Positions 1 through 9,131 are shown, counted from the stretch's first letter. The stretch is DNA of 64,000 bases from Hungatella sp. (GCA_022798105.1 JAAWLV010000001.1:409-64408); one strand, 5' to 3'. A program made the numbers and translations. The notes: generated from the letters alone by a model not told the origin.

Positions 1-2
1 AA

Positions 3-569
3 AGACAGATGTTTGACTTTTCGTGCTTTAGAGAAGCATGGCTGAATGCTTGTTTGCATAATCGCTGGTCAAGACAGACACCGCCAGCAGTATATATGTT
101 CGATGATCGTATTGAAATTATATCAATGGGAGGTCTTCCGGATGGTCTTACATTAGATGAATTCTATGAAGGAAAAAGTAAACCGGTAAATCTTGAGCTC
201 CAGCAGATCATGGTTCAGTTGGATTATATAGAACAGACGGGACATGGGGTACCTCTGATTGTGTCTAAATATGGAAAAGAAGTATTTGATATAACAGAAA
301 ATTTTATTACAGTAACGATACCGTTAAATAAAGCTGTGAAAAAGAACCTGCAAAAGACAAAGGAGTATGTGTTGAATGAATGCGATAAAAAAATATTAAA
401 TTTGATAAAAGAAAATAGTTATATCACAGTACATGAACTTAGTGGGCGGATAGGGATTGGGATGACAACAGTAATGAAACATATCCGCGTTTTGAAGGAA
501 AAAGGTGTTGTAGAAAGAAGGGGATCTAAGAAAAAAGGGCAATGGATAGTTAGAGAGGAAATTTTATAG
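3..569 (+). CDS. 5'-truncated ATP-binding protein: HATPase_c_4 (RecG C-terminal-like) domain plus C-terminal winged helix, typical of Schlafen/AlbA_2-type proteins
   Basis: Frame is open from the window start. Motifs REAWLNACLHN, FDDRIEIISMGGL, IEQTGHGV and a C-terminal HTH ending ...LKEKGVVERRGSKKKGQW. Confidence 0.75.
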   Translation, partial: RQMFDFSCFREAWLNACLHNRWSRQTPPAVYMFDDRIEIISMGGLPDGLTLDEFYEGKSKPVNLELQQIMVQLDYIEQTGHGVPLIVSKYGKEVFDITENFITVTIPLNKAVKKNLQKTKEYVLNECDKKILNLIKENSYITVHELSGRIGIGMTTVMKHIRVLKEKGVVERRGSKKKGQWIVREEIL

Positions 570-1104
570 TAGATGTTTTGCAAGATGGAAAAACCATGGT
601 GCTTGGTGCAATCAGTAGTTTTGTAGGAATCTATGGGTGAGGATTGGGAGGTTTAAGCTGGAAGCAGTTTGGTTTCAACATTTCGTCAAATAATTATGAT
701 AGACAAGAAGGAACGTTTGACAGGGATGCCAGTCTAATGCAATACCTACGGAAATATCTTTGCAGGAATCAGGAGAACCATTAATCGGTATTGAAACATA
801 TAGATCATTAGATGAGCTGGCTGCAGCATTTGAAAGTGCCGCTGTTTCAAATGCCAGGATTATGTTTGATGATGAAAAAGTATATTATTTATCAGATGAC
901 TTTCACCAGTTTACATCTTTTAAAATTTCCCCCGGTCTTTGCAGGAGAAAGCTTGTAAAGAGCCATATCCATCCCGGACTGCTTTGGAGACAGTAACGTC
1001 ATTTCAGACAGAGTGATCATAGGCATCCGTTTTTAGTGGTTTGAGGGATAGTTGGCCGGTGTGAGATAAAATGACATACCTTAAAGGCGAAAGTTAAATA
1101 GATA

Positions 1105-1151
1105 TTGACATGTGTAACAAAAAATGCTAAGATATGTGTAATAAAAAATGC
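1105..1151 (+). promoter_or_regulatory. Sigma-A promoter overlapped by an 18-bp direct repeat (candidate autoregulatory operator)
   Basis: TTGACA (1105-1110), 17 nt, TAAGAT (1128-1133). ATGTGTAAYAAAAAATGC occurs at 1110-1127 and 1134-1151. Confidence 0.7.
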
Positions 1152-1203
1152 AAAACGCCGTTAAAGCTGTATCAGAATCGATTGGGGAAATCAAAGGAAG
1201 AGA

Positions 1204-1812
1204 ATGAGAGCTAATACATATTGCAGATTAGATAATTTATATAAAAACCACAGAGGCTATATCAGTACCAGAGCACTGATGGATGAGGGATTCACGAATC
1301 GGCAGATTGCTGTTTTGGCAGAGGAAGGATATTTAGAAAAGGTGTGTCATGGCTATTATTGGATGATACAGGAGGACTATGGGAAACCGCATGATTATAA
1401 ATGTATTGAAGTGTGCCTGAGCAATCCAAGAGCAGTTATATCAATGAAAAGTGCATGTTTTTATCAGGGGCTGATAAAAGAAGAACCCGAATTTTTGACA
1501 GTTGCAACAGAGCGGACGGACAGAAGCAGAATAAAGATAAACTTTCCAGTAGAAAGGCATTTTTTTTCAGGCAGTAATTTTCAGATTGGGTTAAGGAATG
1601 TGAAAACAGAATTTGGCTGTTACAATATGTATGATATTGAGCGCAGTATCTGTGATATTATACGTCTTGATTATAAACGTACAGACGAAAGATTTGCAGC
1701 AGAAATGATAGATTCTAAAAGGCTAAAAAGAAGCCAATATGAACGTATGTTAAGATACGCGCAGATATTGAATATAAAGAGTATTTATGATACTGGAGTT
1801 TTTGAGGGATGA
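1204..1812 (+). CDS. AbiEi-family (type IV TA) antitoxin / transcriptional regulator
   Basis: N-terminal wHTH (GYISTRAL...LAEEGYLEKVCHGYY), then VISMKSAC and YDIERSICDIIR, which match the AbiEi pattern. 202 aa. Confidence 0.8.
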   Translation: MRANTYCRLDNLYKNHRGYISTRALMDEGFTNRQIAVLAEEGYLEKVCHGYYWMIQEDYGKPHDYKCIEVCLSNPRAVISMKSACFYQGLIKEEPEFLTVATERTDRSRIKINFPVERHFFSGSNFQIGLRNVKTEFGCYNMYDIERSICDIIRLDYKRTDERFAAEMIDSKRLKRSQYERMLRYAQILNIKSIYDTGVFEG

Positions 1813-2102
1813 TGATTATGGATTCGGCCGGAGAGTTATATGTGGAAAAGTGTAAAAGTAATTCTAAAGAGGAATCGTTGAAGCGGGCTATCATGTACAG
1901 CGTGTTGCTAAAAGACGTAAAAAGGCGGCCTGTAACCATCTGGGACAGAGAAAGTAATTTTGAAAGAAGGATATATTCGAAACTAAAGAAGTGGGAATAC
2001 AGGCATCCTATAATTGGAATTGTTATATGTACGATACTTGGAGGGATCTTGGTGAGTCTGCTGGCTGGGATTATTTTAGAAGCAGTATGGCTCTTACTAT
2101 AA
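1809..2102 (+). CDS. Small protein with a basic N-terminus and one C-terminal transmembrane helix
   Basis: ATGA overlap with the AbiEi stop codon. Hydrophobic tail PIIGIVICTILGGILVSLLAGIILEAVWLLL. Confidence 0.65.
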   Translation: MMIMDSAGELYVEKCKSNSKEESLKRAIMYSVLLKDVKRRPVTIWDRESNFERRIYSKLKKWEYRHPIIGIVICTILGGILVSLLAGIILEAVWLLL

Positions 2103-2155
2103 ATATGTTTCCAGGAAGGAATCCGATGCTGGTATTTTGATCTGGAGGACAGAAC

Positions 2156-2803
2156 ATGTATTTTTTGATTGACTTTGAAAACGTGGGAAGTGAAGGCCTG
2201 AAAGGGGCTGAATATCTTTTGAAGGAAGATACCGTGATTATTTTTTTCAGCCGGGCCTGTGAGCAGATTCACCAGGGATGTCTTCATCAGATTATGGAAT
2301 CTTTTTGCCGGCTGGATATATGCAAGCTGAAAAAGACGGGAAAGAATGGCCTGGATTTCTACATAGCCACAAAAGTTGGGGAGGTTTTTGGGAGCGGATA
2401 TTCTGGAAAGGCGGCCATTGTCAGCAAAGACCTGGGATTTACGGCGGTGCGGGATTACTGGAGATGCAGGGGGAAAGTTTTCAGGGAGGTGATTCTGGGG
2501 TCTAATCTGGAACAGTGCATTCTGTCAGCTAACGAAAACCGATTCAGGACAGCACAAATCAGGGAGAAGTTAAAGCCGGTGAAGCTGGAGACCGAATTTG
2601 CCAGGTATGAGGAGCGGATGAAGGTTCGGAGGATTCTGGAGAAAGAATTTGCAGATACGGCCTATGAAGAAAAGCTTGGAGCGATTCAGGGACTGATGGA
2701 GAAAGGGGCGGGTAAAAAGATTCTGTATCTGGATTCCGTAAAGACTTTTGGGAAAAAGGATGGGCTGGAGATTTACCGGAGGATGAAAAAGGCAGCAGGG
2801 TGA
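2156..2803 (+). CDS. PIN/NYN-like domain protein (putative ribonuclease) with helical C-terminal domain
   Basis: YFLIDFENV, GKNGLDFYIA and IVSKDLGF carry the acidic PIN residues. GGAGG RBS upstream. Confidence 0.8.
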   Translation: MYFLIDFENVGSEGLKGAEYLLKEDTVIIFFSRACEQIHQGCLHQIMESFCRLDICKLKKTGKNGLDFYIATKVGEVFGSGYSGKAAIVSKDLGFTAVRDYWRCRGKVFREVILGSNLEQCILSANENRFRTAQIREKLKPVKLETEFARYEERMKVRRILEKEFADTAYEEKLGAIQGLMEKGAGKKILYLDSVKTFGKKDGLEIYRRMKKAAG

Positions 2804-2856
2804 CCCTGACATCATGGACTAAGATTATGGATAAAAACAGCATAATTTACCCACAA

Positions 2857-2888
2857 AGGCGGCGGCTAAAAGCCATCGCCTATTTTTT
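2857..2888 (+). terminator. Probable intrinsic terminator after the PIN gene
   Basis: AGGCGGCGGCT-AAA-AGCCATCGCCT hairpin followed by ATTTTTT. Confidence 0.55.
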
Positions 2889-2984
2889 ACGGAAAAATAT
2901 GCCCTGTGAAACAAAAACACTCCGCATAAAGCCGCACTGGGGTGTAGAGGACATTCATGAAAAAATACCCCATAGTTCCTGAAA

Positions 2985-3046
2985 ATTATTTCACTAATTA
3001 AAGTGAAATAATACACATTGAAAATATAATTTCTAAAAATTATAAT
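2985..3046 (+). promoter_or_regulatory. Perfect 11-bp inverted repeat and sigma-A promoter of the deleted PTS operon
   Basis: ATTATTTCACT-N6-AGTGAAATAAT (2985-3012). TTGAAA (3018-3023), 17 nt, TATAAT (3041-3046). Confidence 0.7.
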
Positions 3047-3100
3047 GAAAATATCTTATAAGAAAATAAATTTGCGCAAAGAAAAAGAAGGTATGCGTGG

Positions 3101-3345
3101 ATGGACAAAAAAGTAGCTTTGCTGCTAATGAGCCATGGCTATTGCGTTTTTAATCCGTGCGGTTCCAACCTTTATCGCCATTTATTTCGGAGCAACTGTT
3201 ATTGACACGATTGTGGCGGCGCTCCCGGCTAATATTATGGGCAGGCTGAATGTTGCAGGTAAAATCATTCCGGCAGTCGGAATCGGCCTTTTAATGCTGC
3301 TGATGATAAAGAGGGCGGATTTATGGGTTTTCCTGATTGCGGGTG
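3101..3345 (+). pseudogene. Chimeric remnant of a mannose-class PTS operon: EIIA N-terminus joined out of frame to an EIIC C-terminal fragment
   Basis: ATG at 3101 gives MDKKVALLLMSHG (EIIA-Man phospho-His motif). From 3135 the frame reads ...RAVPTFIAIYFG...LNVAGKIIPAVGIGLLMLLM...WVFLIAG (EIIC-Man), then similarity stops. Confidence 0.7.
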
Positions 3346-3378
3346 CAAGGCTTTTTGCATTCCCATCAGCTGCACGCC

Positions 3379-4404
3379 CTAATCCGTCGTACTCCTGCGT
3401 ATCAGCACAGGGGCGACGATCTGATGGATGGGTTCGGTTAAAGGCGTTGGCTTTCTCTTTTTGCGCTCATTCATCTGCGTTACCAGAAGTTCCATGGCCT
3501 GATGGGCAATGGTCCCGATCTGCTGTCCCACGGTGCTGATGGGAACGATGGCGGACCCGGCTATGGGGGAATCGTCAAACCCCACGATCCGGTATTCCTC
3601 CGGAAGGCGGCCGTATTTGCGTATGAGCAGATTTAAGAAGATATTGGCATGGGTGTCATTGGAGACAAATACGCCTTTCTTTTTGCCTTTGTAGTTTTCC
3701 TCCATCTCCTGGAAAATCTCCCCCAGCCGCTTTTCATTTTCCTCATAAGTTCTGCCAAAGCTGGTAAGGATAAGCCTGTGGGGCAGACTGTGTTCCCGGC
3801 AGATATCTAAGAATCCCTTGATACGCTGATACCCCGGGGTGGTTTCCGACACCTGCTGGTTAAGATGGAACAGGATGTCGCAGTCGTTTTTGAACAGCAG
3901 GCTGGCAGCCTGTACAGCTCCCATATAATTGTCCGTATTCACGCTGCAGGTATATTGGTCCTCCCGCTCTATGGTGACCGTGGGGATATTGTAGGAGGCC
4001 AGCTCCTGTGAGGAAATGGTATGGCTTAAGACAATAAGCCCCTCAATCTTGTAGGCCAGCAGCTCCTGGATATACTGCTGCTCAACAGCCTTGTCCCGGT
4101 TCCCCTCAAATACCAAAAACTTGTACCCGAACCGTTCATAGGTGGCCAGGATCTCCGATAACATCTGGGCGTAGTAATGCATATACAGATTGGGGATGAT
4201 GACGCCTACAAACTCTGTCTTTCCATTGGCCAGGATGCGGGCGACCTTATTCTCTTTATAATTCAGCGCTTCCAGAGCGTCGGAGATAATCTGCTGGTTC
4301 TCCAAAGTCAGGGAGTCAGGATTGTTAAAATACCTGGAGATGGTGGTTTTGGAGAAATTTGTGTATTTTGCGATATCGTCAAAGGTTACGTTCTTTTTTC
4401 CCAT
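3379..4404 (-). CDS. LacI-family repressor (ScrR-like) of the sucrose PTS locus
   Basis: VTFDDIAKYTNFSKTTISRYFN HTH plus sugar-binding domain (IVGFDD...ISTVGQ). Divergent from the GH32 gene. Confidence 0.9.
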   Translation of the reverse strand: MGKKNVTFDDIAKYTNFSKTTISRYFNNPDSLTLENQQIISDALEALNYKENKVARILANGKTEFVGVIIPNLYMHYYAQMLSEILATYERFGYKFLVFEGNRDKAVEQQYIQELLAYKIEGLIVLSHTISSQELASYNIPTVTIEREDQYTCSVNTDNYMGAVQAASLLFKNDCDILFHLNQQVSETTPGYQRIKGFLDICREHSLPHRLILTSFGRTYEENEKRLGEIFQEMEENYKGKKKGVFVSNDTHANIFLNLLIRKYGRLPEEYRIVGFDDSPIAGSAIVPISTVGQQIGTIAHQAMELLVTQMNERKKRKPTPLTEPIHQIVAPVLIRRSTTD

Positions 4405-4489
4405 ATCTATGTGATTCCTCTGATTAAAATTGTTCCGTTACATGGCATTGCCTGCAGATAGTTTACCATAAAAACGTCGGAAATGTAAG

Positions 4490-4632
4490 AGTAACCGGTA
4501 AAGTTACCGATTTTATCACAATTGCATAAAAACGGACCGTTGGATTCATGGATAATGCTGAAATAGAAAATCCGCCATTGACAATGGATGGCAGCGGTGG
4601 TAGAATCTGAAACATAAAGTAACCGGTTACTT
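4490..4632 (+). promoter_or_regulatory. Sigma-A promoter with LacI-type operators
   Basis: TTGACA (4578-4583), 17 nt, TAGAAT (4601-4606). Perfect palindrome AAGTAACCGGTTACTT at 4617-4632 and an imperfect copy AGTAACCGGTAAAG at 4490-4503. Confidence 0.8.
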
Positions 4633-4669
4633 AACCGATACCAGAACCGATTATGAACGGAGGAAGAAT

Positions 4670-6178
4670 ATGGCAGAATCAGTAAGTCCCCAGCTTTTAA
4701 AAGTTCACAGAATGGAGAAAAAGCAGATCCACGATATCCCCAAGGAGGAACGGCCCATATTTCACATGTCTTCTCCCACAGGCTGGATCAATGACCCCAA
4801 TGGATTTTCTGTTTTCCAGGGGCAGTACCATCTGTTTTTTCAGTACCACCCCTACAGCAAAAAGTGGGGCCCCATGCACTGGGGGCATTGCGTGAGCCGG
4901 GATTTTATTAAGTGGGAATATCTTCCCTGCGCCATGGCTCCCGATGAGTCCTATGATAAAGAAGGGTGTTTTTCGGGAAGCGCCATAGAGGCGGACGGGG
5001 AACATGTGCTTATCTACACAGGGGTCATGGACCGGTATCTGGACGACGGATTCCACTATTACAGGCAGGTGCAGTGCATGGCAAAGGGGGACGGCATCCG
5101 ATACAAAAAGTACGCGGAGAATCCCGTCATCACAGGGGAGAGCACTCCCAAGGGGAGCAGCCTGGAGGATTTTCGGGACCCTAAGGTGTGGAAAGAAGAC
5201 GACGGTTATTATCTGGTGGTGGGAAGCCGGGCAGGAGACGGAAGCGGGCAGATCCTTATGTACCGTTCCGAAGACTTAAAGCAGTGGGAGTTTGTCACCA
5301 TTCTGGACAAAAGTGAGAACCGATATGGAAAGATGTGGGAATGTCCCGACTTTTTCCCTCTGGGACATAAGCAGATCCTCATGGTCTCCCCACAGGACAT
5401 GCGGGCTGTGGGGCTGGAGTTTCACAATGGAAATAACTCCATTTTTATCTGCGGCCAGTATGACAAACATTCTCACCGATTTACACGGGAAAAAATTACT
5501 TCCGCAGACTACGGGCTTGATTTTTACGCCCCTCAGACCATGATGACCCAGGACGGACGCCGCGTTCTCATCGGGTGGATGCAGTCCTGGGATGCCAACA
5601 TCACGCCGGTCCCGTTTCAGTGGTCCGGGATGATGACTGTTCCCAGGGAACTGACCTATGAAGACGGGAAGATCTTTCAGAGGCCGGTGAGGGAGCTGGA
5701 AGCATACCGAAAGGATATGGTGCAGTATGACCATGTAATGGTTTCCCAGTCTACGGTTCTGGAGGGCATCCGGGGAAGAGTCGTGGAGCTTCTGGTAGAG
5801 ATCACGGGATTCGAATTTGAGCATTTCCGTATCCGGTTTGCCCAGAACGAATCCTATGAGACATTTGTGCAGTACAGCCGTAAAAAGAAGTGCCTGACCA
5901 TAGACAGGACCCACTCCGGGATTGACCGTGATGTGGTCTGCCGCAGAAAGATGGAGCTTGTCCCCATGAAGACATCCTGCGGTACGGGGGAAGAGGACAG
6001 GGAAGTGCTGAAGCTTCGGATCTTGCTGGACAAATATTCTGCGGAGATTTTTGCCAATGACGGGGAGAAGGTCATGTCCTCTCTGTTTTTTACGCCCATG
6101 GAGGCGGAGGGGATCGTGTTTGACTGTGACGGGACCGCATGTATCAGCGTGACCAAATATTCGCTTGGCGGTGTATGA
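4670..6178 (+). CDS. scrB: GH32 sucrose-6-phosphate hydrolase / beta-fructofuranosidase
   Basis: WINDPNG, FSGSA, FRDPKV, WECPD and DFYAPQT motifs. Confidence 0.9.
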   Translation: MAESVSPQLLKVHRMEKKQIHDIPKEERPIFHMSSPTGWINDPNGFSVFQGQYHLFFQYHPYSKKWGPMHWGHCVSRDFIKWEYLPCAMAPDESYDKEGCFSGSAIEADGEHVLIYTGVMDRYLDDGFHYYRQVQCMAKGDGIRYKKYAENPVITGESTPKGSSLEDFRDPKVWKEDDGYYLVVGSRAGDGSGQILMYRSEDLKQWEFVTILDKSENRYGKMWECPDFFPLGHKQILMVSPQDMRAVGLEFHNGNNSIFICGQYDKHSHRFTREKITSADYGLDFYAPQTMMTQDGRRVLIGWMQSWDANITPVPFQWSGMMTVPRELTYEDGKIFQRPVRELEAYRKDMVQYDHVMVSQSTVLEGIRGRVVELLVEITGFEFEHFRIRFAQNESYETFVQYSRKKKCLTIDRTHSGIDRDVVCRRKMELVPMKTSCGTGEEDREVLKLRILLDKYSAEIFANDGEKVMSSLFFTPMEAEGIVFDCDGTACISVTKYSLGGV

Positions 6179-6245
6179 CACATAGGGAGTGGAGACAGGT
6201 ATCAAAGAGCTTCCGGAAGCACATAAACATAAGGAGGAGGAAAAC

Positions 6246-8180
6246 GTGGAAGAGAAGTATGGAAAGACAGCACAGGAAATTTTAAGCTGCGTAGGGGGAG
6301 AGGGCAACATTGTCAGCGCCGCCCACTGCGCCACCAGGCTCCGGCTTGTCTTAAAAGATGATTCCAAGGTGGATTTGGAGGCCCTGGAGCAGATTGAACT
6401 GGTAAAAGGAAACTTTAACAATGGCGGCCAGTTCCAGATTATTCTGGGAACGGGAATCGTCAACAAGGTGTACGCGGAATTTATCGCCATAGCCCACATT
6501 ACAGAGATGACAAAAGAGGAGTTAAAACAGCAGGCCGCCAAGAAAATGAATCCGGTGCAGAAGCTGCTTAAGACCCTTGCGGACGTGTTTGTGCCTATTC
6601 TGCCTGCCCTGGTGGCGTCCGGTCTTTTGATGGGCATCAACAATATCCTCACGGCCCAGGGGATGTTTGTTCCCGGCAAGTCTCTTGTGGAGGCATTTCC
6701 GGCCATTAAGGATATAGCGGAGATGGTGAACCTGTTTTCCAATGCGGGATTTACGTTTTTGCCGGTGCTTATCGGATTTTCGGCAGCTAAGATCTTCGGC
6801 GCCACACCCATTTTGGGAGCGGTTATCGGCGCCATTATGATTCATCCTGACCTGATGAACGGCTACGGGTACGGCCAGGCGCTTTTGGACGGAACAGTCC
6901 CCTACTGGCATATTTTCGGCTTTTCCGTTGCAAAAGTGGGGTATCAGGGCACGGTGCTTCCGGTCATTGCCTCCGCCTTCTGTCTGGCAGTGATTGAGAA
7001 ACGGCTGCGGAAGGTGGTGCCCGCCATGCTGGACAATATTGTGACGCCTCTTTTGTCCGTCTTACTTGCAGGGGCATTGACCTTTTTGTTCATAGGCCCG
7101 GTGATGAGAGGCGTAGGCGATATGATGACCAACGCAGTAATGTGGCTGTTCTTTGACCTTGGAGCCCTTGGGGGCCTGATTTACGGGGTTACCTATCCGC
7201 TTTTGGTAATTACAGGCATGCACCACAGCCTGGTGACAGCGGAAACCCAGATCCTTGCCAATATCGGAACCCTGGGCGGTTCCCCCACCTTCGCCGTTGT
7301 GGCAGCCGCCAACTGCGCCCAGGGCGCTGCTGCTCTGGCGGTTATGTGCAGGTCAAAAAATGACCCCAAGATGCGGAGTATGGCCTCTGCATCCGGTATT
7401 TCCTCCATGCTGGGGATTACGGAGCCGGCTATCTTTGGTGTAAACCTGAAGCTGCGGTATCCCTTCTACGGAGCTTTGATCGGAGGCGGTATCGGGGCTG
7501 CCTATGCAACTGTTATGCATGTTTTGTCCGTTTCCCAGGGACCGTGCGGAGTTATCGGGGTTATCTGCATCCGGCCTGACTGTATGGTGCAGTTTATGGT
7601 ATCCATGGTCATTGCCATTATAAGCGCTTTCGGGGCTACCATGTTTTTGGGGAAAGTTGTGGGTCAGAAGGAGAAAGAAACGGGAAGCAAGGCGGCGCGG
7701 GAAGCGGAGCATAAGCCTGCCGTACATATAGAGACAGAGCCGGGATGCGTTTACGCCCCGGTTCAGGGGAGAGCCATCCCTCACACGGAGATTAAAGACG
7801 CCACCTTTGCGGCAGGCGTTGTGGGAGAAGGCGTTGGCATCATTCCCGCAAAGGGGGAGGTGGTCGCGCCCTTTGACGGACAGATCTCCATGTTCTTTGA
7901 CACCAAGCACGCCATTGGCCTGGTCAGCGACGACGGAGTGGAGATTTTGATTCATGTGGGAGTCAACACCGTGGAACTGCAGGGAAAACATTTTACTCCC
8001 CTGAAACAGTCCGGGGATAAGGTGAAGGCCGGAGACAGGCTTCTGGAATTTGACATGGACGCCATAAAGGCAGCCGGTTATGATGTGACCACGGCAGTGC
8101 TTGTGCCTGCTCCAAAACGTGTGCAGGTGGTGAAGACCGGGGACGTGGAGCAGCTGGATAAGATTTTGACTACCTCTTAG
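6246..8180 (+). CDS. scrA: PTS sucrose-class transporter EIIBCA
   Basis: EIIB HCATRLR, EIIC GMHH and LGITEPAIFGVNL, EIIA TKHAIG and LIHVG. GTG start at 6246 follows AGGAGGAGG (track start 6189). Confidence 0.88.
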   Translation: MEEKYGKTAQEILSCVGGEGNIVSAAHCATRLRLVLKDDSKVDLEALEQIELVKGNFNNGGQFQIILGTGIVNKVYAEFIAIAHITEMTKEELKQQAAKKMNPVQKLLKTLADVFVPILPALVASGLLMGINNILTAQGMFVPGKSLVEAFPAIKDIAEMVNLFSNAGFTFLPVLIGFSAAKIFGATPILGAVIGAIMIHPDLMNGYGYGQALLDGTVPYWHIFGFSVAKVGYQGTVLPVIASAFCLAVIEKRLRKVVPAMLDNIVTPLLSVLLAGALTFLFIGPVMRGVGDMMTNAVMWLFFDLGALGGLIYGVTYPLLVITGMHHSLVTAETQILANIGTLGGSPTFAVVAAANCAQGAAALAVMCRSKNDPKMRSMASASGISSMLGITEPAIFGVNLKLRYPFYGALIGGGIGAAYATVMHVLSVSQGPCGVIGVICIRPDCMVQFMVSMVIAIISAFGATMFLGKVVGQKEKETGSKAAREAEHKPAVHIETEPGCVYAPVQGRAIPHTEIKDATFAAGVVGEGVGIIPAKGEVVAPFDGQISMFFDTKHAIGLVSDDGVEILIHVGVNTVELQGKHFTPLKQSGDKVKAGDRLLEFDMDAIKAAGYDVTTAVLVPAPKRVQVVKTGDVEQLDKILTTS

Positions 8181-8297
8181 TACTGCAGTGAATGATTGGA
8201 ATATGGCCCGGACTTTCCGGCAGGAAGGCAGCGTGGCTCCGGCAGGGAGGAGCGGGCCATATTGAGCTAACGGGAAGAAGGGAGAGGATGAGAGATT

Positions 8298-9131
8298 ATG
8301 GAGATTCAATATTTGGGAACAGCGGCGGCAGAGGGATGGCCGGCCCTGTTCTGTGACTGTGATATATGCCGCAGGGCAAGAGCGGCGGGAGGAAAAGACT
8401 TAAGGACCAGAACCCAGTCCATGATCGACGGGACCATACTCATTGATTTTCCGCCGGACACCTATACTCATGCATTAAACTATTCCCTGAATCTGGGGCA
8501 GATACAGCATTTGCTGATTACCCATTCCCACATGGACCACTTTTTTCCGGTGGAATTGATTCACCGTCATGAGCATTTCGGACACAACGCCAGGGGGATG
8601 CTCCATGTATACGGCAATGAGGCGGTGGAGAAGGCTTTTTATGACGCGGTGCTTATTGACCGGTTTAAGGTGCATCCTCTGGATAACAGCGTTGCGTTTA
8701 AACGCTTAGAGCCTTTTGAGGAATTTGACGCCCAGGGGTATCACATTGTCCCTGTGCCGGCGGACCATGACAAGCGGGAGACGTGTTTCATCTATATTAT
8801 AGAGAAGAACGGAACATGCCTGCTGTACGGCCATGATACGGGGATGAATTTAAGCGGGGAAGCCTGGGAGTGTATTTACAGCCATAAGTACAGCCTGATC
8901 TCCATGGACGCCACCATGGGGAAACAGAAAACAGAAGGGTATCATATGGGGCTTTGGGATGATGTGGAGTTTGCCCGGCGTCTGGAGGAAAAAGGGTGCA
9001 TTGACGGGAATACGGTAAAGGTCATAAACCACTTTTCCCACAATGGGGGGATGACCCATAAGGATTTGGAGGCATTTGCCGGTGAGCATGGGATGATGGC
9101 TGCCTATGACGGGATGAAGGTGGAGGTTTAA
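8298..9131 (+). CDS. PhnP-like metallo-beta-lactamase-fold phosphodiesterase
   Basis: LGTAAAEGWP, structural CDCDIC, THSHMDH and NHFSHN. Confidence 0.8.
   Translation: MEIQYLGTAAAEGWPALFCDCDICRRARAAGGKDLRTRTQSMIDGTILIDFPPDTYTHALNYSLNLGQIQHLLITHSHMDHFFPVELIHRHEHFGHNARGMLHVYGNEAVEKAFYDAVLIDRFKVHPLDNSVAFKRLEPFEEFDAQGYHIVPVPADHDKRETCFIYIIEKNGTCLLYGHDTGMNLSGEAWECIYSHKYSLISMDATMGKQKTEGYHMGLWDDVEFARRLEEKGCIDGNTVKVINHFSHNGGMTHKDLEAFAGEHGMMAAYDGMKVEV

Noticed and set aside
570-1030. 78-aa TTG ORF (760-996) and surrounding coding-like sequence
   Set aside because: No RBS and no recognisable motif, with stops in neighbouring frames. It may be a gene remnant, but I cannot assign it.
3135-3539. 134-aa ORF as an intact membrane protein
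   Set aside because: Only the first ~70 codons resemble EIIC. The rest is read-through antisense to lacI, so it is treated as a pseudogene.
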